From Promethearchaeota archaeon (GTDB lineage: Archaea > Asgardarchaeota > Lokiarchaeia > Sigyniarchaeales > SOKP01): DNA of 64,000 nt. The stretch spans positions 100,859-164,858 of the forward strand of contig JALGVJ010000005.1 of NCBI GenBank assembly GCA_029838195.1, read 5' to 3'. Position numbers and translations under genes: made by a program. Below the pieces are notes generated by a model that was not told the origin of the DNA, did no database searches, and saw only the letters and a program-made list of their open reading frames with translations. Of this stretch, positions 30,109-39,794 are shown piece after piece; positions within the stretch are counted from its first letter, which is position 1; each line of letters starts with the position of its first letter.

Positions 30109-33100
30109 TTGTCAAGTCCAAATAAACCCATTCACAAAATACAGCGATTTGAAGATTTTTATCGCTTATTTCAAGATAAACCTGGAGTGTATAAATACCA
30201 AGAGCAAATTAAAAATATCGCTTCCAAGAGTGGTAATGTTTTAATTGTCTTATATGAGGATTTGTTATCATATGATCCTCAAATTGCTGAAATGGTAAAA
30301 GAGGATCCTGAAGCGCTCTTAGATGATGCTATAGAAGCTTTTAAAAATTTGTTAAAATTTTGGTCTGGGGCATCGTTGCCATACAAGGATTATTTCGTGC
30401 GCTTTAACACTAAAGATGATAAAAGTCCCTTAACAAGATCTATTCGAAATTTAAGAGCTGTTGACATTGATAAATTGGTATGGATAAAAGGAATTACCGT
30501 TAGGAGTTCTCCTATTAGACCAAAATTGATTAAAGCTACCTTTGAATGCATTATATGTGGGGCTCATTTTGAAGTCATCCAATTGACTTCGAAAATAAAA
30601 TGGCCCCGATTTTGTCCAAATAAAACATGCAAGGCAAAAGCTCATTCAGACTTCAGGTTAATCTCTAAAAGATCAGAATTTATTGATTGGCAGAGTATAA
30701 CCATTCAAGAAATGCCGGAAGATTTACCTTCGGGGAGAATACCACGTTCCATTCAAGCAATATTGACCTATGATTTAGTGGATTATGTAAAACCCGGGGA
30801 TCGAGTTAAATTAATGGGTATTTTTCGATCAGTTTTAGCTAATCCTATAAACAGCAATAATAGTAATCTTTTTAAAACGTTTTTAGAAGTAAATTACATC
30901 GATTCGGAGGATAAGAGTGAAGAATTTATAGATATCACAAAAGAAGAATTAAAAACAATTGAAAAACTAGCAAAGGAACCCTTCATTCAAAAAAAAATTG
31001 CTCGTTCCATAGCCCCTTCCATATACGGGAGAGATGATTTAAAAATGGCATGCGCTTTAAGTTTATTCGGAGGGACAAGGAAAAAAAATCCCGGAGGAGG
31101 ATATAAAAGAGGCGATATTCACGTGCTTTTCGTTGGAGATCCAGGCACGGGAAAAAGTGAAGTTTTAAAAAGTGTGGTGGAGGTATCTCCTAGAGGACTT
31201 TATACATCGGGAAAGGGGTCAAGTGCGGTTGGACTGACGGCTGCAGTAATAAAAGATCCTGAAACGGGACAAATGAGTTTGGAGGCGGGAGCGATTGTAT
31301 TAGCAAATGGAGGCATTGCTGCAATAGATGAGTTTGATAAAATGAATGCAGCAGATAGGTCAGCTCTACACGAGGGCATGGAACAACAATCTTATCATTA
31401 TGATACTGAAATTTTGGCAACTGATGGAAGGCGGATTAAAATTGGTAAATTTATTGATGAGTTAATGGATAAACATTCGGATGCCATCAACCGAGGGATA
31501 AATTGTGAGATCTTACCTTTCAGAAACTTAGAATTATATTCCACTGATTTTAAAACAATATATAAAACTAATGTAAATCGTGTTAGTAGACATGTCGCAC
31601 CAGATCGTTTTTATAGGATTACATTTACAAATGGAAGATCAATCGTGGTCACTCCTGAACATCCTCTTTACGTATTTCGAAAAGGTAAATTAAGGTGTAT
31701 TGACGCTCAAGCATGCAAGATTAATGATTTTATTCCTATTCCTAAGCATCTTCCCAATTCTCATGAGGCAATATTATTAATGGAAAACAAAGACAAACCA
31801 CATCCGCTCTCAAAAAAAACAAAATTTCCAAAAGAATTGAATTTAGAATTATGCAGATTGCTTGGTTTTCTTATTAGTGAGGGATATAGTCATCGTGAAT
31901 CGGGAGCAGAAATTAGTTTTTCTAATAAAGAAACAGTTTTACTCGATGAATTTAAAAATTTAATGAAAAAATTGTTTGGTCTTACGGCATGTATTCAAAT
32001 TAAAGACGGAGTCTCAACTTTAAGATATTTTTCAATTGAATTCTATAAATGGATGAAAATTAATTTCCCAGAAATAATGGAAATATCAAAAAAGAAAAGA
32101 ATACCTTCAAAAATCCTAGGCGGGAGTAAAGCAATTGCAAGAGAATTTCTTAAAGGTGCTTTTAAAGGTGATGGTAATGTGGAATCCAATGCTATATGTT
32201 TTAGAACGGCATCTAAAGGATTAAGTCATGATTATCAGGATTTATTATTAAAATTAGGAATTCAATCTCGTATTATTTTAGATAACCATAACAATTCCTA
32301 TAAAGTTTATATTAGAGGCCAATCACTAATATTATTTTTTAATGAAATTTTTGAAAAGGATGATCCACGATATGAAAAGGCTCTCAATTTATTTAGACCC
32401 TATAAATTGAAAAATCATCATCATGATCTCTTCCCTGCTACTTTAATGAAAAAGATTGAGCAAAAAATTAGATCTTCGGTTAGAAAAAAAAATAAATCAA
32501 GCAATAAAGAAATAACTTCGTTAGAATTAATTGAAAATTCAATGATTTTTTGGGATAGAATAAAAAAAATTGAAATTATTAAAAATAGAGGAGAGTATTA
32601 TACTCCTTGGGTTTATGATATTACGATTGAACCAAATCACACCTTCATTAGTCAAGGAGTTATTTTACATAATACGGTTAGTATTGCTAAGGCCGGAATC
32701 GTTGCCACTTTGAAATCACAAACGGCCATAATAGCGGCTGCAAATCCAAAATCAGGTCGTTTTAATACCTATAAGACATTTGCAGAAAACGTTAACATGC
32801 CCCCTTCTTTATTAAGTAGATTCGATTTAATTTTTAAAGTAATAGATCGTCCAGATCCTGCAAAAGATGCACAAATGGCAGAATTCATCTTGAAAAATGC
32901 TACGTTAAAAGAGAACGAGGAACAAGATGATGACAGTAATGGACAACAACGCGTTGCGCCCATTGCCCCTGAATTACTCAAAAAATACATAAAACATGCA
33001 AAAAGAACATGTAATCCTATTTTATCGGAAGAAGCTAAAGAAAAAATTAAAGAATTTTATTTAGAATTAAGAGGACAGTATGATAATGAAGATGGGGTGG

Positions 33101-33519
33101 TCTCCATATTGGCAAGAAATCTGGACGCTTTAATAAGGATGAGTGAAGCTCATGCAAAAATGGCATTGAGAGATAAAGTCCTAAAAGAGGATGTGGAGGA
33201 GATAATTAAATTATTTAAGCGATATTTAAAAGATACGGGATATGATAAAGAAACGGGAAAATTTGACATAGACATGATCTTGGCAGGCCAACCAAGAACA
33301 AAACTAAATAAATTATCTAGATTTATGGATCGATTAAAAGAGATTGCTGAAGAAAATGAATGGAAAGCGTTAGACAAGGATAGTGTAATTCAAATCCTAG
33401 AACTAGAAGGAGATTTAGACAAGGAATTTATTAAAAATGCGATTCAAGAAGCCATACGAGAAGGGACTCTATATGAACCAAAACCCAATCAAATAAAATT
33501 CACTCGTAAGGAGACTTAA
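30109..33519 (+). CDS. mcm: replicative helicase MCM containing an intein (~708 aa after splicing)
   Basis: Zn finger CIIC..CPNKTC, Walker A GDPGTGKS, IDEFDKM, AAANP, LLSRFDL. The start may be CTG at 30097. Confidence 0.97.
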   Translation: MSSPNKPIHKIQRFEDFYRLFQDKPGVYKYQEQIKNIASKSGNVLIVLYEDLLSYDPQIAEMVKEDPEALLDDAIEAFKNLLKFWSGASLPYKDYFVRFNTKDDKSPLTRSIRNLRAVDIDKLVWIKGITVRSSPIRPKLIKATFECIICGAHFEVIQLTSKIKWPRFCPNKTCKAKAHSDFRLISKRSEFIDWQSITIQEMPEDLPSGRIPRSIQAILTYDLVDYVKPGDRVKLMGIFRSVLANPINSNNSNLFKTFLEVNYIDSEDKSEEFIDITKEELKTIEKLAKEPFIQKKIARSIAPSIYGRDDLKMACALSLFGGTRKKNPGGGYKRGDIHVLFVGDPGTGKSEVLKSVVEVSPRGLYTSGKGSSAVGLTAAVIKDPETGQMSLEAGAIVLANGGIAAIDEFDKMNAADRSALHEGMEQQSYHYDTEILATDGRRIKIGKFIDELMDKHSDAINRGINCEILPFRNLELYSTDFKTIYKTNVNRVSRHVAPDRFYRITFTNGRSIVVTPEHPLYVFRKGKLRCIDAQACKINDFIPIPKHLPNSHEAILLMENKDKPHPLSKKTKFPKELNLELCRLLGFLISEGYSHRESGAEISFSNKETVLLDEFKNLMKKLFGLTACIQIKDGVSTLRYFSIEFYKWMKINFPEIMEISKKKRIPSKILGGSKAIAREFLKGAFKGDGNVESNAICFRTASKGLSHDYQDLLLKLGIQSRIILDNHNNSYKVYIRGQSLILFFNEIFEKDDPRYEKALNLFRPYKLKNHHHDLFPATLMKKIEQKIRSSVRKKNKSSNKEITSLELIENSMIFWDRIKKIEIIKNRGEYYTPWVYDITIEPNHTFISQGVILHNTVSIAKAGIVATLKSQTAIIAAANPKSGRFNTYKTFAENVNMPPSLLSRFDLIFKVIDRPDPAKDAQMAEFILKNATLKENEEQDDDSNGQQRVAPIAPELLKKYIKHAKRTCNPILSEEAKEKIKEFYLELRGQYDNEDGVVSILARNLDALIRMSEAHAKMALRDKVLKEDVEEIIKLFKRYLKDTGYDKETGKFDIDMILAGQPRTKLNKLSRFMDRLKEIAEENEWKALDKDSVIQILELEGDLDKEFIKNAIQEAIREGTLYEPKPNQIKFTRKET
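31390..32673 (+). mobile_element. intein with LAGLIDADG homing endonuclease in MCM (428 aa)
   Basis: Interrupts the conserved MEQQ|TVSIAKAG; starts SYHYDT, block B VTPEHP, LAGLIDADG-like LLGFLISEG and FLKGAFKGDG, block F VYDITIE, ends ILHN followed by Thr. Confidence 0.95.
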
Positions 33520-33693
33520 ATTTAAACCTTGTTATTTTAGAGGCATAAAAATTTAAGAAGATTAGAGTTTTATTACTCTTATTATTGTTTAAAAGAGTTA
33601 GAATATTTAATCATCTAATTTATAATAAACACATTAAAATAAAATTTGGAATAAAAAGACCTTAAGATTTTTATTGCATTTTTTTACTTAACC

Positions 33694-34257
33694 ATGTCAA
33701 TCGTAATAAACAATTTAAAAGAAGCCATTCGAGGAGAAAGTAAGGCAAAACGTTTGTATGAAAGTTTCTCAAAAAAAGCCGAAGAAGATGGATTTTTTTT
33801 CATTAGTAAAATTTTCCATTCTATATCGTTTGCTGAAGAAATTCACATAAAGAATCATCTAAGGGCTCTTTCAGTGATTACTAAAAGAGAATATAAATTA
33901 GAAGATATAATTACAATCGATGAGAATGAAATTCAAAACGCAGTAAAAACGACGAGAGAGAATCTTCGGCAAGCAATTGAAGGGGAATTATATGAAACAA
34001 AAAAGATGTATAAAGAATTCATTGAAAAGGCTATAGCAAATGAAAATGACGTTGCAGAACTTACTTTTAATTTAGCTAAGAAAGCAGAAAGAATCCATGC
34101 GAAAATCTTTAAAAAATGTTTAAAAAACATTGATAAGAAAAACATTAAAACTCAAAAGATTTTTGTTTGCCAAATTTGTGGAAATGTCGAATTTCAGCGT
34201 CCTCCTTCAAGATGTCCCATATGTGAGCATGACAAGAAATTTTTTAAGGAGATCTGA
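33694..34257 (+). CDS. rubrerythrin
   Basis: NLKEAIRGES, AEEIH, GELYE..MY, AERIH, C-terminal CQICG..CPIC rubredoxin knuckle. Confidence 0.93.
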   Translation: MSIVINNLKEAIRGESKAKRLYESFSKKAEEDGFFFISKIFHSISFAEEIHIKNHLRALSVITKREYKLEDIITIDENEIQNAVKTTRENLRQAIEGELYETKKMYKEFIEKAIANENDVAELTFNLAKKAERIHAKIFKKCLKNIDKKNIKTQKIFVCQICGNVEFQRPPSRCPICEHDKKFFKEI

Positions 34258-34263
34258 GATGTT

Positions 34264-35067
34264 TTATTTAAATGTATCAAGGGAAATTCCGACATCTTTC
34301 AAAAACCCAATTCGATACCAATAGTGAATTAATTGTTCATGAAATTTATCGGGTTCAAAATGAATCAGCTCATAATCTATTTTTAAATTTTTAATATTTC
34401 TAATGAATTGGATAAATTCTTCCTTTCGTGAAATTACATTATTCAAAATTACCCTTTTTTCTATAAAATACCCTTTTTGAAATTCTACATCATTATAATC
34501 CAATTTTTTCGATTTTAAATAGTCAGAAAAACCCAAATATTTTTTATGTAAGTTTTCAAAAGATCGTCCGAAATCAATCCTACAAATCGTGTTCTTATTT
34601 TTAATGAGTAAATGGCGATCATACACATCATATAAGCACAAAAGTTCATGTAAATAGCAAAGCTTTCCCAAAGCAAATTTATAATCATTGATATTATGAT
34701 GTTTGATGCTTTCACCCCGCTCGTAGGTGGTTAAAATATATGGAATTGCTTTCTTTTTTTTTCCTAATAATCCCCCAACATAATTAGAAAACCCTAATTG
34801 ATAATCAAAAATTTTAGAAGTTAAATGAATCCCAAACAATTCAAAGAAAAAATTATCTCTCACATATTTTAAAAATAGCAACGGAGTATTATTAAGAGAA
34901 AAAAATGTACATTTTTTATAATAACTCCACGTGCATTTAAAGTAAAAATTATTTTCAAGCGGGTAATTTAATTTTTTGGAGATTAGATTGAATTGATCAT
35001 TCGATAATTCTTCAAGCATCAGCCAATTAAACATGTTTTCAAGGACCGACAAATTTTTAACGTTCAA
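34264..35067 (-). CDS. hypothetical protein with atypical protein/lipid kinase-like fold (HipA/PI3-4K-like)
   Basis: LFLK (beta3 Lys), FFFE (alphaC Glu), ILTTYERG hinge, catalytic loop LYDVYDRHLLI, IDFG; TTG start with GAGGTA upstream. Confidence 0.6.
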   Translation of the reverse strand: MNVKNLSVLENMFNWLMLEELSNDQFNLISKKLNYPLENNFYFKCTWSYYKKCTFFSLNNTPLLFLKYVRDNFFFELFGIHLTSKIFDYQLGFSNYVGGLLGKKKKAIPYILTTYERGESIKHHNINDYKFALGKLCYLHELLCLYDVYDRHLLIKNKNTICRIDFGRSFENLHKKYLGFSDYLKSKKLDYNDVEFQKGYFIEKRVILNNVISRKEEFIQFIRNIKNLKIDYELIHFEPDKFHEQLIHYWYRIGFLKDVGISLDTFK

Positions 35068-35169
35068 GAGCCCTTTTACCTCTTAATGGTTTTAAAAAAA
35101 TAAAAAAGCTCCTAATGGTTTCATTTAATTAATTTTATTTATTCATGAGTATTAAAAATTCATATAATA

Positions 35170-36018
35170 ATGTCCGTTATTTCTCTAAAAATTTTTGAAC
35201 AATATACCTTAGAGGATTACTTTTCATTAATAGATTCAGTAGATCATTTATTGGAGAAAGAAAATCATTTAATTTACATTCCAAAAGGAAAAATATTAAT
35301 TGTGGGAGATTTGCATGGAGATTTAGAAACTCTTGAAAAAATTTTGGAGAAATTTTTTAAAGAAAAATTTGATTATTTATTATTTCTTGGAGATTATGTA
35401 GATAGAGGAGCTAAACAAGTAGAAGTCATTAATACCTTATTTTATTATAAAACCCATTTCCCATCAAAAATAATACTAATTAGAGGAAATCATGAGGATA
35501 GAACCATAAATAGGCAATATGGTTTTTACGATGAATTGCGGCATAAATTTAATGACCATCATAAGGAAATTTTTAATAAATATAATAAAGCATTTTCTAA
35601 ATTACCGTTAGCCGCTATCACATGGAATAGAATTTTTTGCATTCATGGAGGAATTCCTGAGGGATTAGAAGATATCAACGTGATTAATTCTTTTCCGAAA
35701 AATCAAATCACGATAAAAGATTCCATGACAAAACAGCTTCTCTGGAATGATCCCCATGAGAGAGGAGGGATGTTTAAAAGGAATTCACGAGGTGTCGGAA
35801 TAAAAAAATTCGGGAAAACAGCATTTATGAATTTCATTACTCTAAATTCCATAAGATATATTATCCGTTCTCATGAAAAATTCAAAAATGGCTTTAAAGA
35901 ATTTTTTGATGGTAAATTAATAAGCATTTTTTCTTCCCATTCTTATTTCTCAAAAAAGAATTCTACGGTGATAGGGATCATAGAAAAATCGGGAAATATT
36001 AAAATTGAACCGATTTAA
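35170..36018 (+). CDS. PPP-family Ser/Thr protein phosphatase
   Basis: GDLHG, GDYVDRG, RGNHE, HGG, LLWNDP, RSHE, SIFS. Confidence 0.93.
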   Translation: MSVISLKIFEQYTLEDYFSLIDSVDHLLEKENHLIYIPKGKILIVGDLHGDLETLEKILEKFFKEKFDYLLFLGDYVDRGAKQVEVINTLFYYKTHFPSKIILIRGNHEDRTINRQYGFYDELRHKFNDHHKEIFNKYNKAFSKLPLAAITWNRIFCIHGGIPEGLEDINVINSFPKNQITIKDSMTKQLLWNDPHERGGMFKRNSRGVGIKKFGKTAFMNFITLNSIRYIIRSHEKFKNGFKEFFDGKLISIFSSHSYFSKKNSTVIGIIEKSGNIKIEPI

Positions 36019-36058
36019 AAGTAGAAAAATTTAAATTGTTAAAAAAATTTGAAAATGC

Positions 36059-36760
36059 TTAAATGTCTGGTTCTAAATAGGTTCCAATCGTAAAAGAAGC
36101 AATAAACGCAATTATTCCGATAATTAGCATCTCTAAAGCTCCTTTTAGGATCGACTCCCCCGTAATCTTTGTTTTAATGCCTCCAACAATAGTCAACATT
36201 GAAAATGAAATAATCGCTGAAATGATCATAGAAACAAAACCTAAATTTAAAAAATAAGGTGCTAAAGGGATAAAAGCGCCCAAGATAAAGGAAAAAAATG
36301 TCAATAATGCTCCTATGAGAGGTCTTTCCGGTTCTTCTAATCCTAATTCATTTCTTAAAAGAAATTCCACCCATGTATCTTTATCAGATGTTATGCTTTC
36401 CACGCACGCATCTAAAACCTCTCCATTTATATGCATTTGTCTAAAAATTTCTTTAACCTCTTCTTTTTCTTCTTCGGGAAAGAGTTCTATCTCAGCTTTT
36501 TCTTTTTTAATTTCATTTTGAATGTATTTAAATTCAGATTTAGAAGAAATATATTCACCCAATCCCATACTAATCGCTCCCGAGACCATCGCAGCAATTC
36601 CTGTTAAAATTACGATAGAAACACCTCCCGTTGCTTCTATTGTTGCTGCGGCAACACCAGCTAAAAGAGTAAAGGTTGAGATCAATCCATCGTTTAACCC
36701 TAAAATGATGGAGCGAATCTTTCCCCCTCCTTTTATGTGTTCTTCTTCTCGTGGCATCAT
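36059..36760 (-). CDS. VIT1/CCC1 family Fe/Mn transporter
   Basis: IRSIILGLNDGL, GAISMGLGEYIS, acidic cytosolic domain, GAFIPLAPY. Confidence 0.93.
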   Translation of the reverse strand: MMPREEEHIKGGGKIRSIILGLNDGLISTFTLLAGVAAATIEATGGVSIVILTGIAAMVSGAISMGLGEYISSKSEFKYIQNEIKKEKAEIELFPEEEKEEVKEIFRQMHINGEVLDACVESITSDKDTWVEFLLRNELGLEEPERPLIGALLTFFSFILGAFIPLAPYFLNLGFVSMIISAIISFSMLTIVGGIKTKITGESILKGALEMLIIGIIAFIASFTIGTYLEPDI

Positions 36761-37364
36761 TTTATTGAATTCATTGAAAATTTTTATTTAGTAATTTATA
36801 CATGTAATTTATTTCATTCATTCAAAAAATAGTTAATTACCTTGGTCTAATTCTGAAGGGGCCAATTCCTCTTTAATTTTTCATTAGCAACGTTTCCCAT
36901 ACAATGATCTCATTGCCTAACTCCTTGATAAAATTGGATTTTAATTTATAAAAATTAGTAAACATGCCTTACCCCAGCCCCTTCCTATTTTGAAATGAAT
37001 AAAATAGAGGGATTTGAATCGTCTTTAGCAGCCAATCCCACTTTATTTTTAAACGCACTTTTTAGGATGAATACCTTGCGCCTACCCAGAAAATAATCGT
37101 AATTTCTTGTTTGATTTTTTCAATCGAAATCACTTTTTTGAGATAAATCAACCATAATTAGCTTGACCATGAAATGATTCCAAAACAATTTTTAAAATTC
37201 ATGATACGTTTTTGAAAATTAAGATATATTCAAATAATTCTTGTAAAAAATGAGATGATTTAAAAAAACTATTAATTACGAAAAATTTTATTATTTTTCC
37301 TTGTTTACTCAAAATTAGATTTAATCAATATTTAAGATTATTTTAATTGAACTAGGTGATATGA

Positions 37365-38345
37365 ATTAGAGCTGCTGTTTTTGAAGATGTAAAAAAAATA
37401 ACATACCGCGAAGATTATCCTAACCCAATTCCGGGCCCCGATGACGCATTAGTAAAAGTACATTATTGTGGAATCTGCGGAACTGATGTATCGAATTTTA
37501 AATATAAGATATACCAAGTCCCATTAATCATGGGACATGAATTTTCTGGAGAAATTATTAAGGTAGGAGAGAATTTAAAAGATTTTCACGAGGGAGATCG
37601 TGTAGTTGGAATAAACATTGTAAGAAAGAAAGGATATGGTGATACAAAAGCATTAGGAATAATGGTAGATGGCGCGTTTGCTGAATACGTTTCAGTTCCT
37701 CGAGATTTTCTTTTTCATGTTCCCGAAAATGCTTCACTTCAAGAATGCACGTTGATTGAATCCTACGCAGTAGCAATTAGGGCATTAAAGCTTTCAAACA
37801 TTCAAGAAAATGAAAGAATTTTGATCATTGGAGGAGGAAATATCGGATTAACAACATTAGATACGCTCATTAATGAAAAACACCCCGAATATGTTGGTAT
37901 TATTGAACCTCATGAATTTTTAAGGGAAAAAGCTAAAGAAATGGGGGCTAATGAGGCATTTCCTCCCGTGCTGAGTAAAATTAAGCGATTCATAAAAAGG
38001 CATGGGGCACCAACCTTCATTTTTCTAAGTGCTAATAATAAAAACACCATTGAAATGGCAATTAAGCTCATTAAAAAGGGGGGAACCATCATTTTAGAGT
38101 CCGTTTTTAAAGGTAATGTGTCATTACCTATTTTCATGTTTAATTCTAAGGAAATAGGATTAAAGGGAGTCATCTCTCACGATCGTCAGAATGTCCTTTC
38201 CGCAATTGAATTATTTAAAGAAAAAAAAGTATATCCCGAGAAATTAATATCAAAAGTTATCCCTTTAAAAGAGATTCAAGAAGGATTTAACCAATATTTA
38301 AAAGCGGAAGAAAGAGACTTTGTTAAAATTATCGTAAAAATCTAA
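37365..38345 (+). CDS. Zn-dependent medium-chain alcohol dehydrogenase
   Basis: The frame extends 55 codons upstream of the ORF-track start (IRAAVFE...HYCGICGTD...MGHE); GGGNIG Rossmann motif; the structural-Zn loop is absent. Confidence 0.85.
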   Translation: MRAAVFEDVKKITYREDYPNPIPGPDDALVKVHYCGICGTDVSNFKYKIYQVPLIMGHEFSGEIIKVGENLKDFHEGDRVVGINIVRKKGYGDTKALGIMVDGAFAEYVSVPRDFLFHVPENASLQECTLIESYAVAIRALKLSNIQENERILIIGGGNIGLTTLDTLINEKHPEYVGIIEPHEFLREKAKEMGANEAFPPVLSKIKRFIKRHGAPTFIFLSANNKNTIEMAIKLIKKGGTIILESVFKGNVSLPIFMFNSKEIGLKGVISHDRQNVLSAIELFKEKKVYPEKLISKVIPLKEIQEGFNQYLKAEERDFVKIIVKI

Positions 38346-38520
38346 TCTTCCTAATTATTTTTTATCTTAAAAAAACATGGAAACGGGGAGATGACGAAAC
38401 AAAAAGAAAGGATTAAAAAATCTCAAAACTTATTTAAAAATAAAAGTTTAAATATGGTAATTCCAAATTTTATTCATTAATATGAAGAAGTAAACACACA
38501 TTAAATTAAATGAGTTAAAA

Positions 38521-39609
38521 ATGACAACGGGTATTGTATATGATCCCATTTATCTTGAGCATCGCATTGGAACCCACGTAGAATCTCATATCCGATTAAT
38601 TGAAATCATGAGATTATTAAAAGAAGAGAAGGTTCTCGAAAATCCAGATTTTAAAAGTATTTCTCCTCGAAAAGCCACGTTGGAGCAAATTAAATACGTT
38701 CACACGGATGAACTCATAAAAGAGGTTAAAGAATTAAGTGAATTAAGTAAGGTATCGGGACATGTTCAAAGCTTGGACATGGATACTTTAGTTTCAGAAA
38801 AGACCTATGAAGCGGCACTCTATAGTGTTGGTGGTAATTTAGAAGCAGTTGATAAAATTTTGGAAGGAGAAATTAAAAATTGTTTTGCGTTAGTGAGGCC
38901 TCCAGGTCATCATTCTAATGCCTATCGATGCGCAGGTTTTTGTATTTTCAATAATGTCGCAATTACAGCGGAATATCTTTTTCGGGAAAAAAATATAAAA
39001 AAAGTAGCAATTATTGATTGGGATTGTCATGCCGGAAACGGAACAGCAGATATTTTTTATAATGGATCTGAACATGGTAATGTCGTTTTTTTTGATTCTC
39101 ATCAAGATGGGCGAACACTTTATCCTGGAACGGGATTTTTACATGAGATTGGAGCCGGAAAGGGAAAAGGAAAAATAATTAACTTTCCCATGCCCCCGAG
39201 AGCAGCGGATGATGTCATTCTTATTTTTTTTGAAAATATTGTCTCGCCCGTTTTAAATGAATTCAAACCTGAATTCATTTTGATCTCGGCAGGTTTTGAC
39301 ACGCATCATACAGATCGCTTAACTAATATGGGTTGGACGTATCAAGCACCCGCCGAATATCTGAAGAGAATAAAAGATTTTGCTGATAAAAATTGTGGCG
39401 GGAGGACTCTTATCACATTAGAAGGAGGTTATGAAGTGGATAAACAAGCAAAAGCCGTGTACAATTGCCTACAAGTATTGAATGGAAATGAAGAAAATCT
39501 CATTAAAGAGGAGCCAAGAAGCTCCGATGTCAACATTTTAACCCACGTGAAGCAAAAAGTCATTAAACCATTAAAGCAGAATTTATCTCCTTATTGGGAT
39601 TGTTTTTAA
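38521..39609 (+). CDS. histone deacetylase family protein
   Basis: RPPGHH, GFCIFNN, DWDCHAGNGT, SAGFD, LEGGY. Confidence 0.93.
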   Translation: MTTGIVYDPIYLEHRIGTHVESHIRLIEIMRLLKEEKVLENPDFKSISPRKATLEQIKYVHTDELIKEVKELSELSKVSGHVQSLDMDTLVSEKTYEAALYSVGGNLEAVDKILEGEIKNCFALVRPPGHHSNAYRCAGFCIFNNVAITAEYLFREKNIKKVAIIDWDCHAGNGTADIFYNGSEHGNVVFFDSHQDGRTLYPGTGFLHEIGAGKGKGKIINFPMPPRAADDVILIFFENIVSPVLNEFKPEFILISAGFDTHHTDRLTNMGWTYQAPAEYLKRIKDFADKNCGGRTLITLEGGYEVDKQAKAVYNCLQVLNGNEENLIKEEPRSSDVNILTHVKQKVIKPLKQNLSPYWDCF

Positions 39610-39624
39610 TTCTATAAGAAATTT

Positions 39625-39682
39625 CATGAATTCACGCTCTAAAATGGCCTTTTTTAAAGTTATTTAAAGGCGTGAATTCATG
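39625..39682. repeat. 13-bp perfect inverted repeat (CATGAATTCACGC ... GCGTGAATTCATG)
   Basis: Arms at 39625-39637 and 39670-39682 with a 32-nt spacer, just after the HDAC stop codon. Confidence 0.7.
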
Positions 39683-39794
39683 CGTTTTATCTTAATAAAT
39701 ACATATGCTTTTAATTAAAGAGCAAAATTATTTATATTAAAATTTTAATTATTAATTTAATTATTTAAACAGATTAATTCTCATATTCTTTTTA

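Noticed and set aside
36790-37350. Long intergenic region with short coding-like patches on the minus strand
   Set aside because: Fragments are interrupted by stops and I recognised no motif, so a pseudogene or ncRNA call is not supported.
39626-39682. Possible eukaryote-like SECIS element (ATGA-N11-AAA in a stem-loop)
   Set aside because: The 3' arm is TTCAT, a Watson-Crick match, rather than the GA needed for the kink-turn quartet, and no neighbouring gene has an in-frame TGA.
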